Assembly: GCA_965204655.1 (NCBI GenBank)
Contig: OZ241998.1
Location: 44,427-108,426, forward strand
Direction of reading: 5' to 3'
DNA: 64,000 bases
Source of the DNA: Acidimicrobiales bacterium
GTDB taxonomy: Bacteria > Actinomycetota > Acidimicrobiia > Acidimicrobiales > CATQHL01
In this document: positions 47,256-56,585 of the stretch, piece by piece
Layout: every line of letters begins with the position of its first letter
Numbering within the stretch: the stretch's first letter is position 1
Notes under the pieces: model-generated
What the model was told of the DNA's origin: nothing
The model's input: the letters and a program-made list of their open reading frames with translations, nothing else
The model's database searches: none
Made by a program: the position numbers and the translations under genes

Positions 47256-47322
47256 CTCGGGGTGAGACGGGTGAGACGGGGGGGAGGGGGAGGGAGACCG
47301 CTGAGATCAATGAATTCGGCGT

Positions 47323-48759
47323 TCAGGCTGCGGCGCGCGCTTCGGTCAACCAGGCGTCTACCAATGTCCGATTGTCGGCTATCCACTCCGCTGCGTGGGT
47401 AGCGATGTCGGCTTCCGAATCTTCTCCTTGTCCGTATTCGACGTTTTGGAGGGCGATGTCGATGACGTCAATGGTGACAAGTTCGAAAAGTTTGGCTGCT
47501 GCCGGGTTGTCTGCCAGGAATTGGTTGTTGGCGACCACTCTTATGTCGGCAGGCTTGAAACCCATTTCGCAGGGTTGACTCGGGCACTGCTCAGCTGGCA
47601 AGGCAGCTGCTCCTCGCTGATCCAGGATGGCATTCGGAACACTTAACCAGTAGGCGTTCCGTCCTGGTATTAGTTCCGTGATGTAAGCGCTCGGAGTCCA
47701 GGTATAAGCAAGCACAGGATCGCCGTTGTTGAGGTGCTCTCGCTGTTCCTCCCAGAGAGTGTCGTAATCTCCCATTATTTGTTCAATCGATCCGTCAAAG
47801 CCATTCAGAGTGAGTGTTTGCGCAATGATGGCTTGACAACCCCAGCCGTCGTCGCAGCCGGCCAAGTCTGCTTTGCCGTTTCCGTTGCGGTCCCAAGGGC
47901 CTGGATTGTTGGCGATGTCCGCTAGAGAACGAATGCCGAGTTCGTCTGCTGTCTTCTTGTCTACGAGGAAGCCCTGGAGTGCGCCTGAGGCTACTTGCAA
48001 TCCGATCGGACTTACAAACTCCGCCGGCACCTGTTCGCCGCCCATCTCCTCAAGGAGGGTTTCGCTGGAGATGAAGATGTCATGGGCGGGGAACCAGCCG
48101 TTTACCCATAAATGGTATTCGCCCTTGGCGAGAGGGGCGTAAAAGTCTTCAGGCGAAAGGTCCGTTTCCTCGCTGAAGTCGTTCACGACGTATCCCAACT
48201 CTTCGAGAAGTTGCTTGAAGATATGCGCCTGCATGTAACCGGTGCTCCAGTTGGCGCGCCCCATGCGCACGTTTATGCCCGCTCCGGGTCGGAGCGTGTC
48301 TTCGGAGGTCGGCGGCTCAACTGCCCCCCCAGCATTCGCCCCTCCGTTCGCTTGACTGACTGAGACCTCGATGTCAGTAAGAGAAGTAACTGCGGCTGCG
48401 ATTCCCTCCTGGTCGCCTTCGGCGAGGGCGCGCGCCAGGGTTTCCACGGCGCTCGTTAGCGCCGAGAGTTGTTCTTGCGTCTGTTGAATCTGGGATCGCA
48501 CGACTTGAAGTGAATCTTGGGCTTCCACGGCGTTTTCACGCGCCACTATGGCAATTTCACGCGCCCTGCCGTCGATGGCTGAGCCGTCTGTTACTGCACA
48601 GGCGACAGTCAGCAAGGCTGAGAGAGAGAAGACGGCGCACAACCGCAGACGTATCGCCTTTCTTGCTCGCCTGTCTTTCTTGCCGACCAATTGGGTCTGT
48701 TCTTGTCTTGAAGCCAACGCAATCCTTCCGGCTACGTATGTTGTTGGTAAACAGCCCAT
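47323..48759 (-). CDS. glycine betaine/proline-type (ProX/OpuAC-like) substrate-binding protein with coiled-coil N-terminal region
   Basis: ANWSTGYMQAHIFKQLLEELGYVV ... HLWVNGWFPAHD resemble ProX. It has a lipobox-like LTVAC followed by about 90 aa of Ala/Gln/Glu-rich helix. The start is uncertain. Confidence 0.65.
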   Translation of the reverse strand: MGCLPTTYVAGRIALASRQEQTQLVGKKDRRARKAIRLRLCAVFSLSALLTVACAVTDGSAIDGRAREIAIVARENAVEAQDSLQVVRSQIQQTQEQLSALTSAVETLARALAEGDQEGIAAAVTSLTDIEVSVSQANGGANAGGAVEPPTSEDTLRPGAGINVRMGRANWSTGYMQAHIFKQLLEELGYVVNDFSEETDLSPEDFYAPLAKGEYHLWVNGWFPAHDIFISSETLLEEMGGEQVPAEFVSPIGLQVASGALQGFLVDKKTADELGIRSLADIANNPGPWDRNGNGKADLAGCDDGWGCQAIIAQTLTLNGFDGSIEQIMGDYDTLWEEQREHLNNGDPVLAYTWTPSAYITELIPGRNAYWLSVPNAILDQRGAAALPAEQCPSQPCEMGFKPADIRVVANNQFLADNPAAAKLFELVTIDVIDIALQNVEYGQGEDSEADIATHAAEWIADNRTLVDAWLTEARAAA

Positions 48760-48839
48760 TCTAGTGCTGAACTGCTTTCTATCAATCGTCGCCGATTGCC
48801 GGAGTCATTGCGAATCATTCCGAATCGGTTCGGAGAGTT

Positions 48840-50567
48840 CTAGGACTCTCGCGCATTGCCAGGGGGAGCATCGGCTACGGCAGCTAATAGTCTCCGAGAG
48901 GCGTCGCTCAGCGGGACTTTCTCCGTTTTTTGGTTTGACCTTTCGGTGAGTTCTACGAATCCGGATGAGAGACTTCTTTGTCCTATCGTCAGCCGATAAG
49001 GAATGCCGATCAGTTCGGTGTCGCTGAACTTGACACCCGCGCGCAAATCGCGATCGTCTAGGAGAACGTCTGCTCCCGCCTTCCGCAACTCCTCGTAGAG
49101 ATTCTCAGCGGTTTGGGCAACCTGATCGTCGTGTACCGCCAGCGGAACTACTACCGCCGAAAAGGGAGCTGCCGCAACCGGCCAGATCAAGCCCCGCTCG
49201 TCGTGATTGGTTTCGGCGATTGTGGCCATGGCGCGGCCTATTCCTATGCCGTAGCTTCCCATCGCTGGGGTTTGGCGAACTCCGTTCTCGTCCAGCACGG
49301 ACACGTCAAAAGCCTCGGCGTAGCGTCTGCCCAGCTTGAAGATGTGGCCGGTCTCGATGCATCGGATCACCTCTAGTTTCTCACCACAGCGGGTGCACGG
49401 CTCACCCGCTTGCACCGTGCGGAAATCTCCCCAAGCCTCCACCGAGATGTCTCTAGCGACGTCGACGCCGCGCAAGTGGAAGTCGTCGATGTTGGCGCCC
49501 GTTACCAGGTTCCGCCGGCCGTTCAGAGAGTTGTCTGCCAGGACGGGGATACTGCTTACTCCCACGGCACCCAGACTCCCAGGCGAGGCGCTCAGGGCGT
49601 CTATACATTCAGCGTCGGTTGCCGCTCGGGCGGTCGCAGCGGAGCAGGAGTCCAGGAGTTTCTGGACGTTCAAGTCGTGATCGCCGCGCAGCAGTACCAG
49701 AGTCGTCTCTTCGTCGATCACATAGACCAGGGTTTTGATCTGCCGCTGCGGCGGAGCGTCTTTGAAGGCTGCTGCGAGGTCGACGATGGTGCGTATTCCA
49801 GGAGTGGGGAACTTCTGAAGCGGAGCGTCGGGATCGTCTGGCGAGTCTGAGGGTTCGGAGACGGCGCGCTCCAGGTTGGCAGCGTATCCGCAGCCGCAAC
49901 AGCGGGCGATGTCGTCTTCTCCGGCAGGAGAAGGAACCATGAACTCCACGCTGGCGCTTCCTCCCATGGCGCCCGAACTGGCTTCCACGGCGACAGCGGG
50001 CAGCCCTAGGCGTCTGAAGATGCGCTGATACGCCTTGCGGTGGAGTTCGAACGCCCGATCAAGACCTTCTTCGTTGAGGTCGATGCTGTAGGAGTCCTTC
50101 ATTGCGAACTCTCGTACTCGCAGCAGGCCGCTCTTTGGTCTGGGCTCGTCGCGGAACTTGGTCTGAATCTGATACCAGATCTGGGGGAGATCGCGGTAGG
50201 AGCGGAGTTCTCCCAAGAGAGTGGCGACTACCTCCTCATGGGTCATTCCCAGTGCATGGTCGTTGCCCCTGCGGTCTCGGAGCCGGAACATCTCTTCGCC
50301 CATTGCTTCCCAGCGTCCGCTGCGCTTCCACACCCAAGCCGGGTGAAGGGCCGGGAGCAGCGTCTCCTGAGCGCCGATTGCGTCCATCTCCTCAGAAACG
50401 ATGGCAGCCACCTTCTTGTGGACACGCAAACCGAGAGGCAGAAGTGAGTAGTGCCCGGCATGAAGTTGTCTGATGAAACCGCCGCGTAGCAGCAGTTGGT
50501 GGCTTGTTATGACGGCGTCCGCAGGCGCTTCCCTGAGTGTAGGGGCGAACAGATTTGACCAGCGCAT
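48840..50567 (-). CDS. proS: proline--tRNA ligase
   Basis: MRWSNLFAPTLREAP...SHQLLLRGGFIRQ...G.YSLLPLG class II motifs. Start taken at Met32 of the track ORF (50567). Confidence 0.9.
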   Translation of the reverse strand: MRWSNLFAPTLREAPADAVITSHQLLLRGGFIRQLHAGHYSLLPLGLRVHKKVAAIVSEEMDAIGAQETLLPALHPAWVWKRSGRWEAMGEEMFRLRDRRGNDHALGMTHEEVVATLLGELRSYRDLPQIWYQIQTKFRDEPRPKSGLLRVREFAMKDSYSIDLNEEGLDRAFELHRKAYQRIFRRLGLPAVAVEASSGAMGGSASVEFMVPSPAGEDDIARCCGCGYAANLERAVSEPSDSPDDPDAPLQKFPTPGIRTIVDLAAAFKDAPPQRQIKTLVYVIDEETTLVLLRGDHDLNVQKLLDSCSAATARAATDAECIDALSASPGSLGAVGVSSIPVLADNSLNGRRNLVTGANIDDFHLRGVDVARDISVEAWGDFRTVQAGEPCTRCGEKLEVIRCIETGHIFKLGRRYAEAFDVSVLDENGVRQTPAMGSYGIGIGRAMATIAETNHDERGLIWPVAAAPFSAVVVPLAVHDDQVAQTAENLYEELRKAGADVLLDDRDLRAGVKFSDTELIGIPYRLTIGQRSLSSGFVELTERSNQKTEKVPLSDASRRLLAAVADAPPGNARES

Positions 50568-50692
50568 CACTTCCTCCTTGGTTCGCCGGAGGCTATCCGC
50601 ATCCAACTCTGGGAAGTCAAACCCAACATTCCTCCCAACAAGGACTCCGTAGAGGTGCAAACGAACTTCCTAGGGACAAGTCTAAGAAATTC

Positions 50693-50771
50693 AAAAAAAT
50701 TTGGTCAACGGCCAAACTTAAAAAAATTTTAGTCAACTGTAGAAACTGAAAAATTTGGGCAACTGTAACTG
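50693..50771. repeat. three AT-rich direct repeats (A5-7 T3-4 RGK CAAC [TGTA])
   Basis: aaaaaaatttggtcaac (50693), aaaaaaattttagtcaactgta (50720), aaaaatttgggcaactgtaactg (50749). Spacings are 27 and 29 nt. Confidence 0.85.
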
Positions 50772-50773
50772 TT

Positions 50774-50824
50774 CTCTCCCCGCCCCCCCCTAAAGGGGGG
50801 GGGGGGGGGGGGGGCGGGAGAGAG
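50774..50824. repeat. imperfect inverted repeat CTCTCCCCGC8 - TAAA - G20CGGGAGAGAG containing a 20-nt G homopolymer
   Basis: Read directly: C8 at 50783-50790, G20 at 50795-50814. The arms are complementary apart from the excess Gs. Confidence 0.85.
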
Positions 50825-51112
50825 TTGGGAGAGTTACGGTACGGTACTAGGTACTGTCTTTGAGGTATCTGCCCGACATCTCAGGATGCCTTATGCCATG
50901 TACTCTCCGGAATTTCCCCTTTCATTCTCCTGGCCACCCTTAACCTGCTCCCTTGATTCTGGTTTCGGAACGAGCACTTTGAAAGCAACATTTGCTTGAA
51001 AACGGCAATAGGGTGCATCTAAATTAGAAATTGGAAGCGAGGCTGACTCGCAGCCATTGATTGCATTGCGCTCGATTCCTGTTTCATCTCATAACCAAGA
51101 AGGGAGACTCAT

Positions 51113-52453
51113 ATGTTGTTTTCAAGGCAGAAAGCGGCGCTTCGGCTTCTTGCTGGCACGCTTGCCATCCTCGCGCTCGTTGCGGCGTCTTGCGGAAGCG
51201 ATTCCGATGAGCAGGCGGAACCGGCGCCTCCGCCTCAGGCGGAACCAGCGCCTGCGCCTCAGCCGGAACCGGCACCTCAGGCGGAACCGGAGCCTGCGCC
51301 CCAGGCGGTGACGTTGGAATTCTGGTCGTGGAACAATGAAGGTGGCTACACCGACGTTCACAAAGCGGCTGAAGAGCGTTTCGAAGCCGATAACCCCAAC
51401 GTGGACGTGGAGCGTACCTACACCGCGTATGGCGACTACATGACCAACCTTAGAGCGGTTTTGACAGCCGGTGAGCCACCCGACATAGCGCAGGTTCCCT
51501 GGACCGGCGAGTACACGGACCTAGTATCCGCAGGTCAGTTGGCTTCTCTAGCCAATGACTTCGAGGACGGCTTCCCCGATTTCTTCGACCCCATTGCTTC
51601 GATAGCCAATGTGAATGGAATTCCCTATGCCATCCCGTTGGACGTCAACTCCCTGCAGATTGCCTACAACAAGGACGTCTTTGCCGAGTTGGGGCTTGAA
51701 GTCCCGCAGTCTTCTGCCGACCTCATAGCAGTGGCTGAGGCTCTTGATGCAGAGGGTTATTTTGGGGTAGCCGTGGGAACGAAAGACAAGTGGGCAGGCG
51801 GCGACCTGTTCTTCAACCAGTTGGCCTACACCGACCCCAGCAACGCACTCATCGTTCGAGCTGACGCCGGTGAGGTCACATGGGATTCACCGGAGTTCCT
51901 TGAGGCGGCCGAGAACCTAGCGGCTCTGATCAACGCGGAGGTATTCGCCCCTGGGGCGAACGCCATGGACGCCTTCGTGGGATCCTTGGACTTGTTCGTG
52001 TCGGAACAGGCTGCCATGTTCTTCCCCGTTGGGAACTTCATAACAGCCGGCATTGCATCCGAGGTTGACGGCAGTTTTGAATGGGGATTGTTTCCGTTCC
52101 CGTCCCCGGGCGGGGGTGAGGCGTACGCCGTCGGCGGCGTGGCCGAGATGTTCTCAGTGCCTGCCGACGCCGAGAACTACGATCTGGCAGTGGAGTTCCT
52201 CCGCTACTTGACTGACGCGGAGGGCGAGGCGGCGCTGGTTTCCAACGACTTCATTCCGTCCTGGAGTATCCAGTTGCCTTCGGAAGTGAGTGACCTGTAC
52301 AGGGATCTGGTCGCAGCGCAGGCCACCGTGCGCAACCGCACTGTCTACACGACGCCGGTGAACGCCGCCATTGCAGACAGCGTCCAAGGTCTGTTGGATG
52401 GGTCCCTTAGCCCGGATGAGATGATCGCCGCCATGGTCGAAGCGGCTTCCTAG
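51113..52453 (+). CDS. carbohydrate ABC transporter substrate-binding lipoprotein (family 1)
   Basis: AAGGGAG SD, LVAASCGSD lipobox, an (AEPAPxPQ)n linker, then a family-1 extracellular solute-binding profile. Confidence 0.85.
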   Translation: MLFSRQKAALRLLAGTLAILALVAASCGSDSDEQAEPAPPPQAEPAPAPQPEPAPQAEPEPAPQAVTLEFWSWNNEGGYTDVHKAAEERFEADNPNVDVERTYTAYGDYMTNLRAVLTAGEPPDIAQVPWTGEYTDLVSAGQLASLANDFEDGFPDFFDPIASIANVNGIPYAIPLDVNSLQIAYNKDVFAELGLEVPQSSADLIAVAEALDAEGYFGVAVGTKDKWAGGDLFFNQLAYTDPSNALIVRADAGEVTWDSPEFLEAAENLAALINAEVFAPGANAMDAFVGSLDLFVSEQAAMFFPVGNFITAGIASEVDGSFEWGLFPFPSPGGGEAYAVGGVAEMFSVPADAENYDLAVEFLRYLTDAEGEAALVSNDFIPSWSIQLPSEVSDLYRDLVAAQATVRNRTVYTTPVNAAIADSVQGLLDGSLSPDEMIAAMVEAAS

Positions 52454-52469
52454 CTCAATGGCATAACCT

Positions 52470-52510
52470 GCCGACCCCGCCGCCGCTTTAACACTGGCGG
52501 CGGGGTCGGC
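52470..52510 (+). promoter_or_regulatory. perfect 15-bp stem-loop between the binding-protein and permease genes
   Basis: GCCGACCCCGCCGCC (52470-52484), an 11-nt loop, then GGCGGCGGGGTCGGC (52496-52510). No T-tract follows. Confidence 0.7.
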
Positions 52511-52549
52511 AAACTAAATCGCTCAGGCAAGCCTGGAGGCAAGCGGGTT

Positions 52550-53566
52550 ATGCCCAACAAGTCCAAGGAACTCCTAGAGAGAGAGGATTCCGCTGCGGCG
52601 GCGGAAGCGGAGGATTCCGAGCAGGCTAGGTCAAGGCGGCTCCGTAGTGAGCAAAGGTCGCGTCGCAGGAAACTGCGCAGAGCCGACAGACGGCGGGGGG
52701 GCAATTACGCTTCTGGCTTGGGGATCGCAATGGTTTTTCCGAGCTTGGCGGTCTTCCTTGGGCTCATCGCCGTGCCGGTCGTCGTGGTGGCCCTGGTGTC
52801 GTTCTCGGAATGGGCAGGTTTTGAACTAGGAGATCTTTCCTGGACCGGCCTGGACAATTACCAGTCGCTGGCAGGCGACCCTATCTTCTGGCGGGCGCTT
52901 CGCAACACGCTCCTGTTCACCGGACTAACCACTCTGTTCCTGAACGTGCTCGGTTTCGGTTTCGCCTTGCTCATCGCCACGAGGGTGCGCGGCACGGGAC
53001 TGCTCCGTGCGGTCGTATTCTTGCCTGCTCTGCTGCCCCCGGTGCTGGTGGGTCTGATGTGGTCGAGGGTCTTGGACGGCTTCGGCTTCGTGAATCAAAT
53101 CCTGCAAAGGCTGGGAATCTCCGAAGACCCGGTCTTTTTTCTGGGGGAGCCGGGTCTCGTCCTTTGGGTGATCATCGGCGTCACCATCTGGCAGTTCGCG
53201 GGTTTTGACATGATCCTCTACTACGCCGGTCTCCAGAGCATCGACAGGTCGATGCTTGAAGCTGCATCACTCGACGGTGCGCGCACTTTCGGCACTGTCA
53301 CTCGGGTGATTCTGCCGTCGCTCTATCACGTAGTAGGAGTGGTCGCCCTTCTGAACGTGATAGGAGGCCTCAAAATTTTTGACGTAGTCTACGTAATGAC
53401 CAGAGGAGGCCCCAACCGCAGTTCGGAAGTCCTCTCTACGTACATGCTGGAGCAAGGCTTCCGCAACAGCATCATGGGGGTGGCTTCGGCCATCGCCATC
53501 GTGATCGTGTTTTTGGCGGTTCTCTTCAGCCTCATCAGAATGCGGGTGGCGAGGCGCCTTGTTTGA
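52550..53566 (+). CDS. carbohydrate ABC transporter permease (MalF/UgpA-like)
   Basis: GGAGG upstream of the ATG, a charged 60-aa N-terminus, six TMs, and an EAA loop (LEAASLDGARTFGTVTRVILP). Confidence 0.85.
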   Translation: MPNKSKELLEREDSAAAAEAEDSEQARSRRLRSEQRSRRRKLRRADRRRGGNYASGLGIAMVFPSLAVFLGLIAVPVVVVALVSFSEWAGFELGDLSWTGLDNYQSLAGDPIFWRALRNTLLFTGLTTLFLNVLGFGFALLIATRVRGTGLLRAVVFLPALLPPVLVGLMWSRVLDGFGFVNQILQRLGISEDPVFFLGEPGLVLWVIIGVTIWQFAGFDMILYYAGLQSIDRSMLEAASLDGARTFGTVTRVILPSLYHVVGVVALLNVIGGLKIFDVVYVMTRGGPNRSSEVLSTYMLEQGFRNSIMGVASAIAIVIVFLAVLFSLIRMRVARRLV

Positions 53567-54389
53567 TATCCGCTCGCTCTGGGCCAGGGCGTCTCTTTCG
53601 ATTCTGTCGGTTAGCGTTGCGGTCGTCGTCGTCCTCCCCGTTCTTTGGGTAGGGGCGTTATCGCTCAAGACCGGGAGAGAGGTATACAACCAATCGTTCC
53701 TGCCCGATCAGTGGACGCCGGGCAACTACGTAGAGGCTTGGCGGGATTTCGGACTGGGCGGCTACTTTTTGAACAGCCTTTTCGTCACGGTTATCTCTGT
53801 TGTCCTCACGATCATCGTGGGGTTGCTGGCCGCACACGCTTTCACTTGGCTGAGGTTTCCGGGGTCGGAAGTGGTCTTCACTGCGCTCTTGCTGGGGATC
53901 ATGATTCCTCCTGCGGCGCTCGTTCTTCCTCTTTTGATTGAAGCTAGACAACTCGGGCTCTACGACCAGTTGTACGGCCTTAGTTTGGTGTACGTAGCTT
54001 TCGGGATGCCCATTGCCATCCTGGTCTTTAGAGGTTTCTTTCAGGGTCTGCCGGGAGAACTGGTCGAGTCCGCCCGACTGGACGGGGCGCGCGAGTGGAG
54101 GATCCTGGCGAAGGTGATCGTCCCGATGGCGCGCCCGGCAATCGTTACTGTGACGATCCTGCTGTTCTTGGCCAACTGGAACGACTTCATACTGGCACTT
54201 GTGCTGCTGCGCGACGCCGACACTTACACCCTGCCAGTGGGTATCAGCCAGTTCATTGGTCAATACAGAACGCCGCACGAGTTGATCGCGGCCGCTTCCA
54301 TCATCGGATCAGTTCCGGTGTTTTTGCTCTATATCGTGCTGGAGCGCCGCTTCCAGCAGGGAGTCACCCAAGGGGCGTTAAAGGGATGA
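53559..54389 (+). CDS. carbohydrate ABC transporter permease (MalG/UgpE-like)
   Basis: EAA loop VESARLDGAREWRILAKVIVPM, with an 8-nt overlap with the preceding permease gene. Confidence 0.85.
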   Translation: MFDIRSLWARASLSILSVSVAVVVVLPVLWVGALSLKTGREVYNQSFLPDQWTPGNYVEAWRDFGLGGYFLNSLFVTVISVVLTIIVGLLAAHAFTWLRFPGSEVVFTALLLGIMIPPAALVLPLLIEARQLGLYDQLYGLSLVYVAFGMPIAILVFRGFFQGLPGELVESARLDGAREWRILAKVIVPMARPAIVTVTILLFLANWNDFILALVLLRDADTYTLPVGISQFIGQYRTPHELIAAASIIGSVPVFLLYIVLERRFQQGVTQGALKG

Positions 54390-54590
54390 CAGGAGCGGAT
54401 TTACGGGCAGGGGCGGCGACGGGAATAGTGGCTTTAGAACCCTCAGATCGTCGTTACGAAGCAATTCAGGCTAAACGCTCTAGATCTAAACGAGGATGTT
54501 TGGAAATCAGAGTCGCTGGAAAGAGAGCAGAATGAATTCAGACGCCGCTGAAGGCGGAAGATCAAAATAAGAGGACAATAGGAGGTCTAC

Positions 54591-55406
54591 ATGGGCTCGA
54601 ATTCACAAAACAGACAGCACGCTGAGCAGACTCCGCTCGCAGGCAAGGCGGCGATCGTCACAGGAGCAGGAGGAGGTATCGGAAGGGGCAGCGCCCTGGC
54701 TCTTGCCAGAGCCGGAGCTTCGGTGGTCGTGAACGACTTGGACATGTCTTCGGCTCAGGAGACGGTGGATCTGATCGTTTCAGAGGGTGGATCGGCTTCG
54801 GCCGACGGCGGCGACGTTTCCTGTCCCGAAGACGTGAAAGCTCTGGTGGGGCTCGCAGAGGCGGACTTCGGCGGGCTGGACATCATGCACGCCAACGCCG
54901 GAGTGGAGCGCTACGTGTCGCTGGAGGAGATGACGGAAGAAGACATGGATCTGCTCTTGGACGTAGACCTCAAGGGTGTGCTGCTCTGCGCCCAGCACAG
55001 CATCGCTCCTATGCGGGCTCGCGGCGGCGGGTCCATCGTGTTTACGTCTTCGGTTCAGGCCACCCACTCCCTCCCGGGCTGCGTGGTCTACGCCGCTGCC
55101 AAGGCTGGAGTGATTGCGGCGGCGCGCACACTGACGCTGGAGGTGGGATCCGACAACATCCGCGTCAACGCCATCTCCCCGGGCACCATAGACACACCCA
55201 TGCTCCGGAGGGATCTCGCCGACATGAATACCGATGAAGTGGAGGGCTTCATGGACAGGGTGCGCGCCGCCAACACCCTAGGGCGCATCGGCACTGTGGA
55301 AGAGGTGGGTGCGCTCGTCGTGTTCCTGGCATCCGATGCGTCTAGCTACATCAGCGGCACGAACATTCTCATTGACGCGGGTTTCTCCGCTGTGAAGACC
55401 TTTTGA
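54591..55406 (+). CDS. SDR-family oxidoreductase
   Basis: TGAGGGIGRG cofactor motif, NAG, and the catalytic S...YAAAK. Confidence 0.85.
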   Translation: MGSNSQNRQHAEQTPLAGKAAIVTGAGGGIGRGSALALARAGASVVVNDLDMSSAQETVDLIVSEGGSASADGGDVSCPEDVKALVGLAEADFGGLDIMHANAGVERYVSLEEMTEEDMDLLLDVDLKGVLLCAQHSIAPMRARGGGSIVFTSSVQATHSLPGCVVYAAAKAGVIAAARTLTLEVGSDNIRVNAISPGTIDTPMLRRDLADMNTDEVEGFMDRVRAANTLGRIGTVEEVGALVVFLASDASSYISGTNILIDAGFSAVKTF

Positions 55407-55496
55407 AAACCTTTGAGCGGCGGGTGGCGCAGACCCCAGAGCGGCCGGCGGCGGCGAGCGCCGGGAGGCCTCGGGCGCGAACTGGGGGATGCTGAG

Positions 55497-56585
55497 GTGA
55501 GCGTGAACTGGGAGTTGAGTCTGCCCCCTGGCGGCGATCTGCGGGCGCTCTTAGGAGAACCGGGGCAGGTGGCTTCGGTGCGAGAAGTGGTTCTTTCAGA
55601 CGGCGCTTCCGACGGTCTGCGGGCAATTGACGTGCGCCCAGCGGGCGGCATCCACGCCTTGGTACTCGTCGACCGGGGCTTGGACATAGGACCCGCCTGG
55701 GCGCAGGGTTGGCCGTTGCACTGGCAGTCTCCGGTGGGATTTCGCCATCCCGCCTACTTCGATGGGGAGAAATGGCTGGATTCCTTCGGCGGGGGATTGC
55801 TCGTTACCTGTGGTTTAGAAAACGTCGGTGAGGGCTGTCGAGTGGGCAGCGAGTGGTACTGCCAGCACGGACGCCTTTCAAACTTGCCCGCCTCCGGCGT
55901 TCGTCACGACCTGATCTCCACCGACGGTGACTTGAAGGCCATTGAGATCTCAGGGAGCGTGCGGGAGGTGTCCGTCTACGGAGTCAACTTGGTCTTGGAG
56001 CGCACTCTGCGATTTGCCGTGGGCTCGCCTCGCCTAGCAGTGAGCGACCGGGTGCGCAACGAGGGCTTCGAGGCTGCGCCGCTATTCATCCTTTACCACT
56101 TCAACCTTGGGTTCCCTCTGGTGTCGCCGTCGACGATGCTGGACATCACCCCCGCTTATTCCACAGAGTCGTTCACGGATACCGATCCCGGGCTACATGC
56201 CCAGTTCTGCGAACCGAAAGCGGGTTTTGCCGCTGAGGTCTTTGAGCATCGTTTTGCCGAGCGGCCTGCAGACGCCTCCGCAACTCTTCGCAACGACAGC
56301 TTTGCGCCTCTAGGCGGCATAGGCCTTGAGATCTCTTGGAAGCCGGAGCAACTGCGGAGGTTTTGGCAGTGGAGGATGATGGGAGCAGGCATGTATCTCA
56401 CCGGGATCGAACCCGCGAACTGCGGAATACGCGGCCGCTCCGCGGAATTGGACGACGAGAACTCGGAAGTGGAAGTTCTAGAGCCGTTCCAAGAGCGCCG
56501 CTTCGACCTCACGATTACCGCCGAATGCGGCGGCGCGGAGGGCAAGGGAGGACAAAGAGACAAGAGGTCGAAAGAGCATGTCTGA
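55497..56585 (+). CDS. aldose-1-epimerase-like (DUF4432-type) protein
   Basis: Beta-sandwich mutarotase-like sequence character, a family common in sugar clusters. The family call is tentative and the GTG start at 55497 is uncertain (the track begins at 55413). Confidence 0.5.
   Translation: MSVNWELSLPPGGDLRALLGEPGQVASVREVVLSDGASDGLRAIDVRPAGGIHALVLVDRGLDIGPAWAQGWPLHWQSPVGFRHPAYFDGEKWLDSFGGGLLVTCGLENVGEGCRVGSEWYCQHGRLSNLPASGVRHDLISTDGDLKAIEISGSVREVSVYGVNLVLERTLRFAVGSPRLAVSDRVRNEGFEAAPLFILYHFNLGFPLVSPSTMLDITPAYSTESFTDTDPGLHAQFCEPKAGFAAEVFEHRFAERPADASATLRNDSFAPLGGIGLEISWKPEQLRRFWQWRMMGAGMYLTGIEPANCGIRGRSAELDDENSEVEVLEPFQERRFDLTITAECGGAEGKGGQRDKRSKEHV

Noticed and set aside
26182-50700. Declaring the whole tRNA-Leu to proS interval a genomic island or mobile element
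   Set aside because: No integrase, transposase, conjugation or phage genes were seen, and no att-like repeat of the tRNA end was found by eye. Core Tad genes have genome-typical GC. Only local compositional anomalies are reported.
50774-50824. Reading the C8/G20 inverted repeat as a rho-independent terminator
   Set aside because: Both flanking genes are transcribed away from it and there is no adjacent T-tract, so it is reported as an unusual structure instead.
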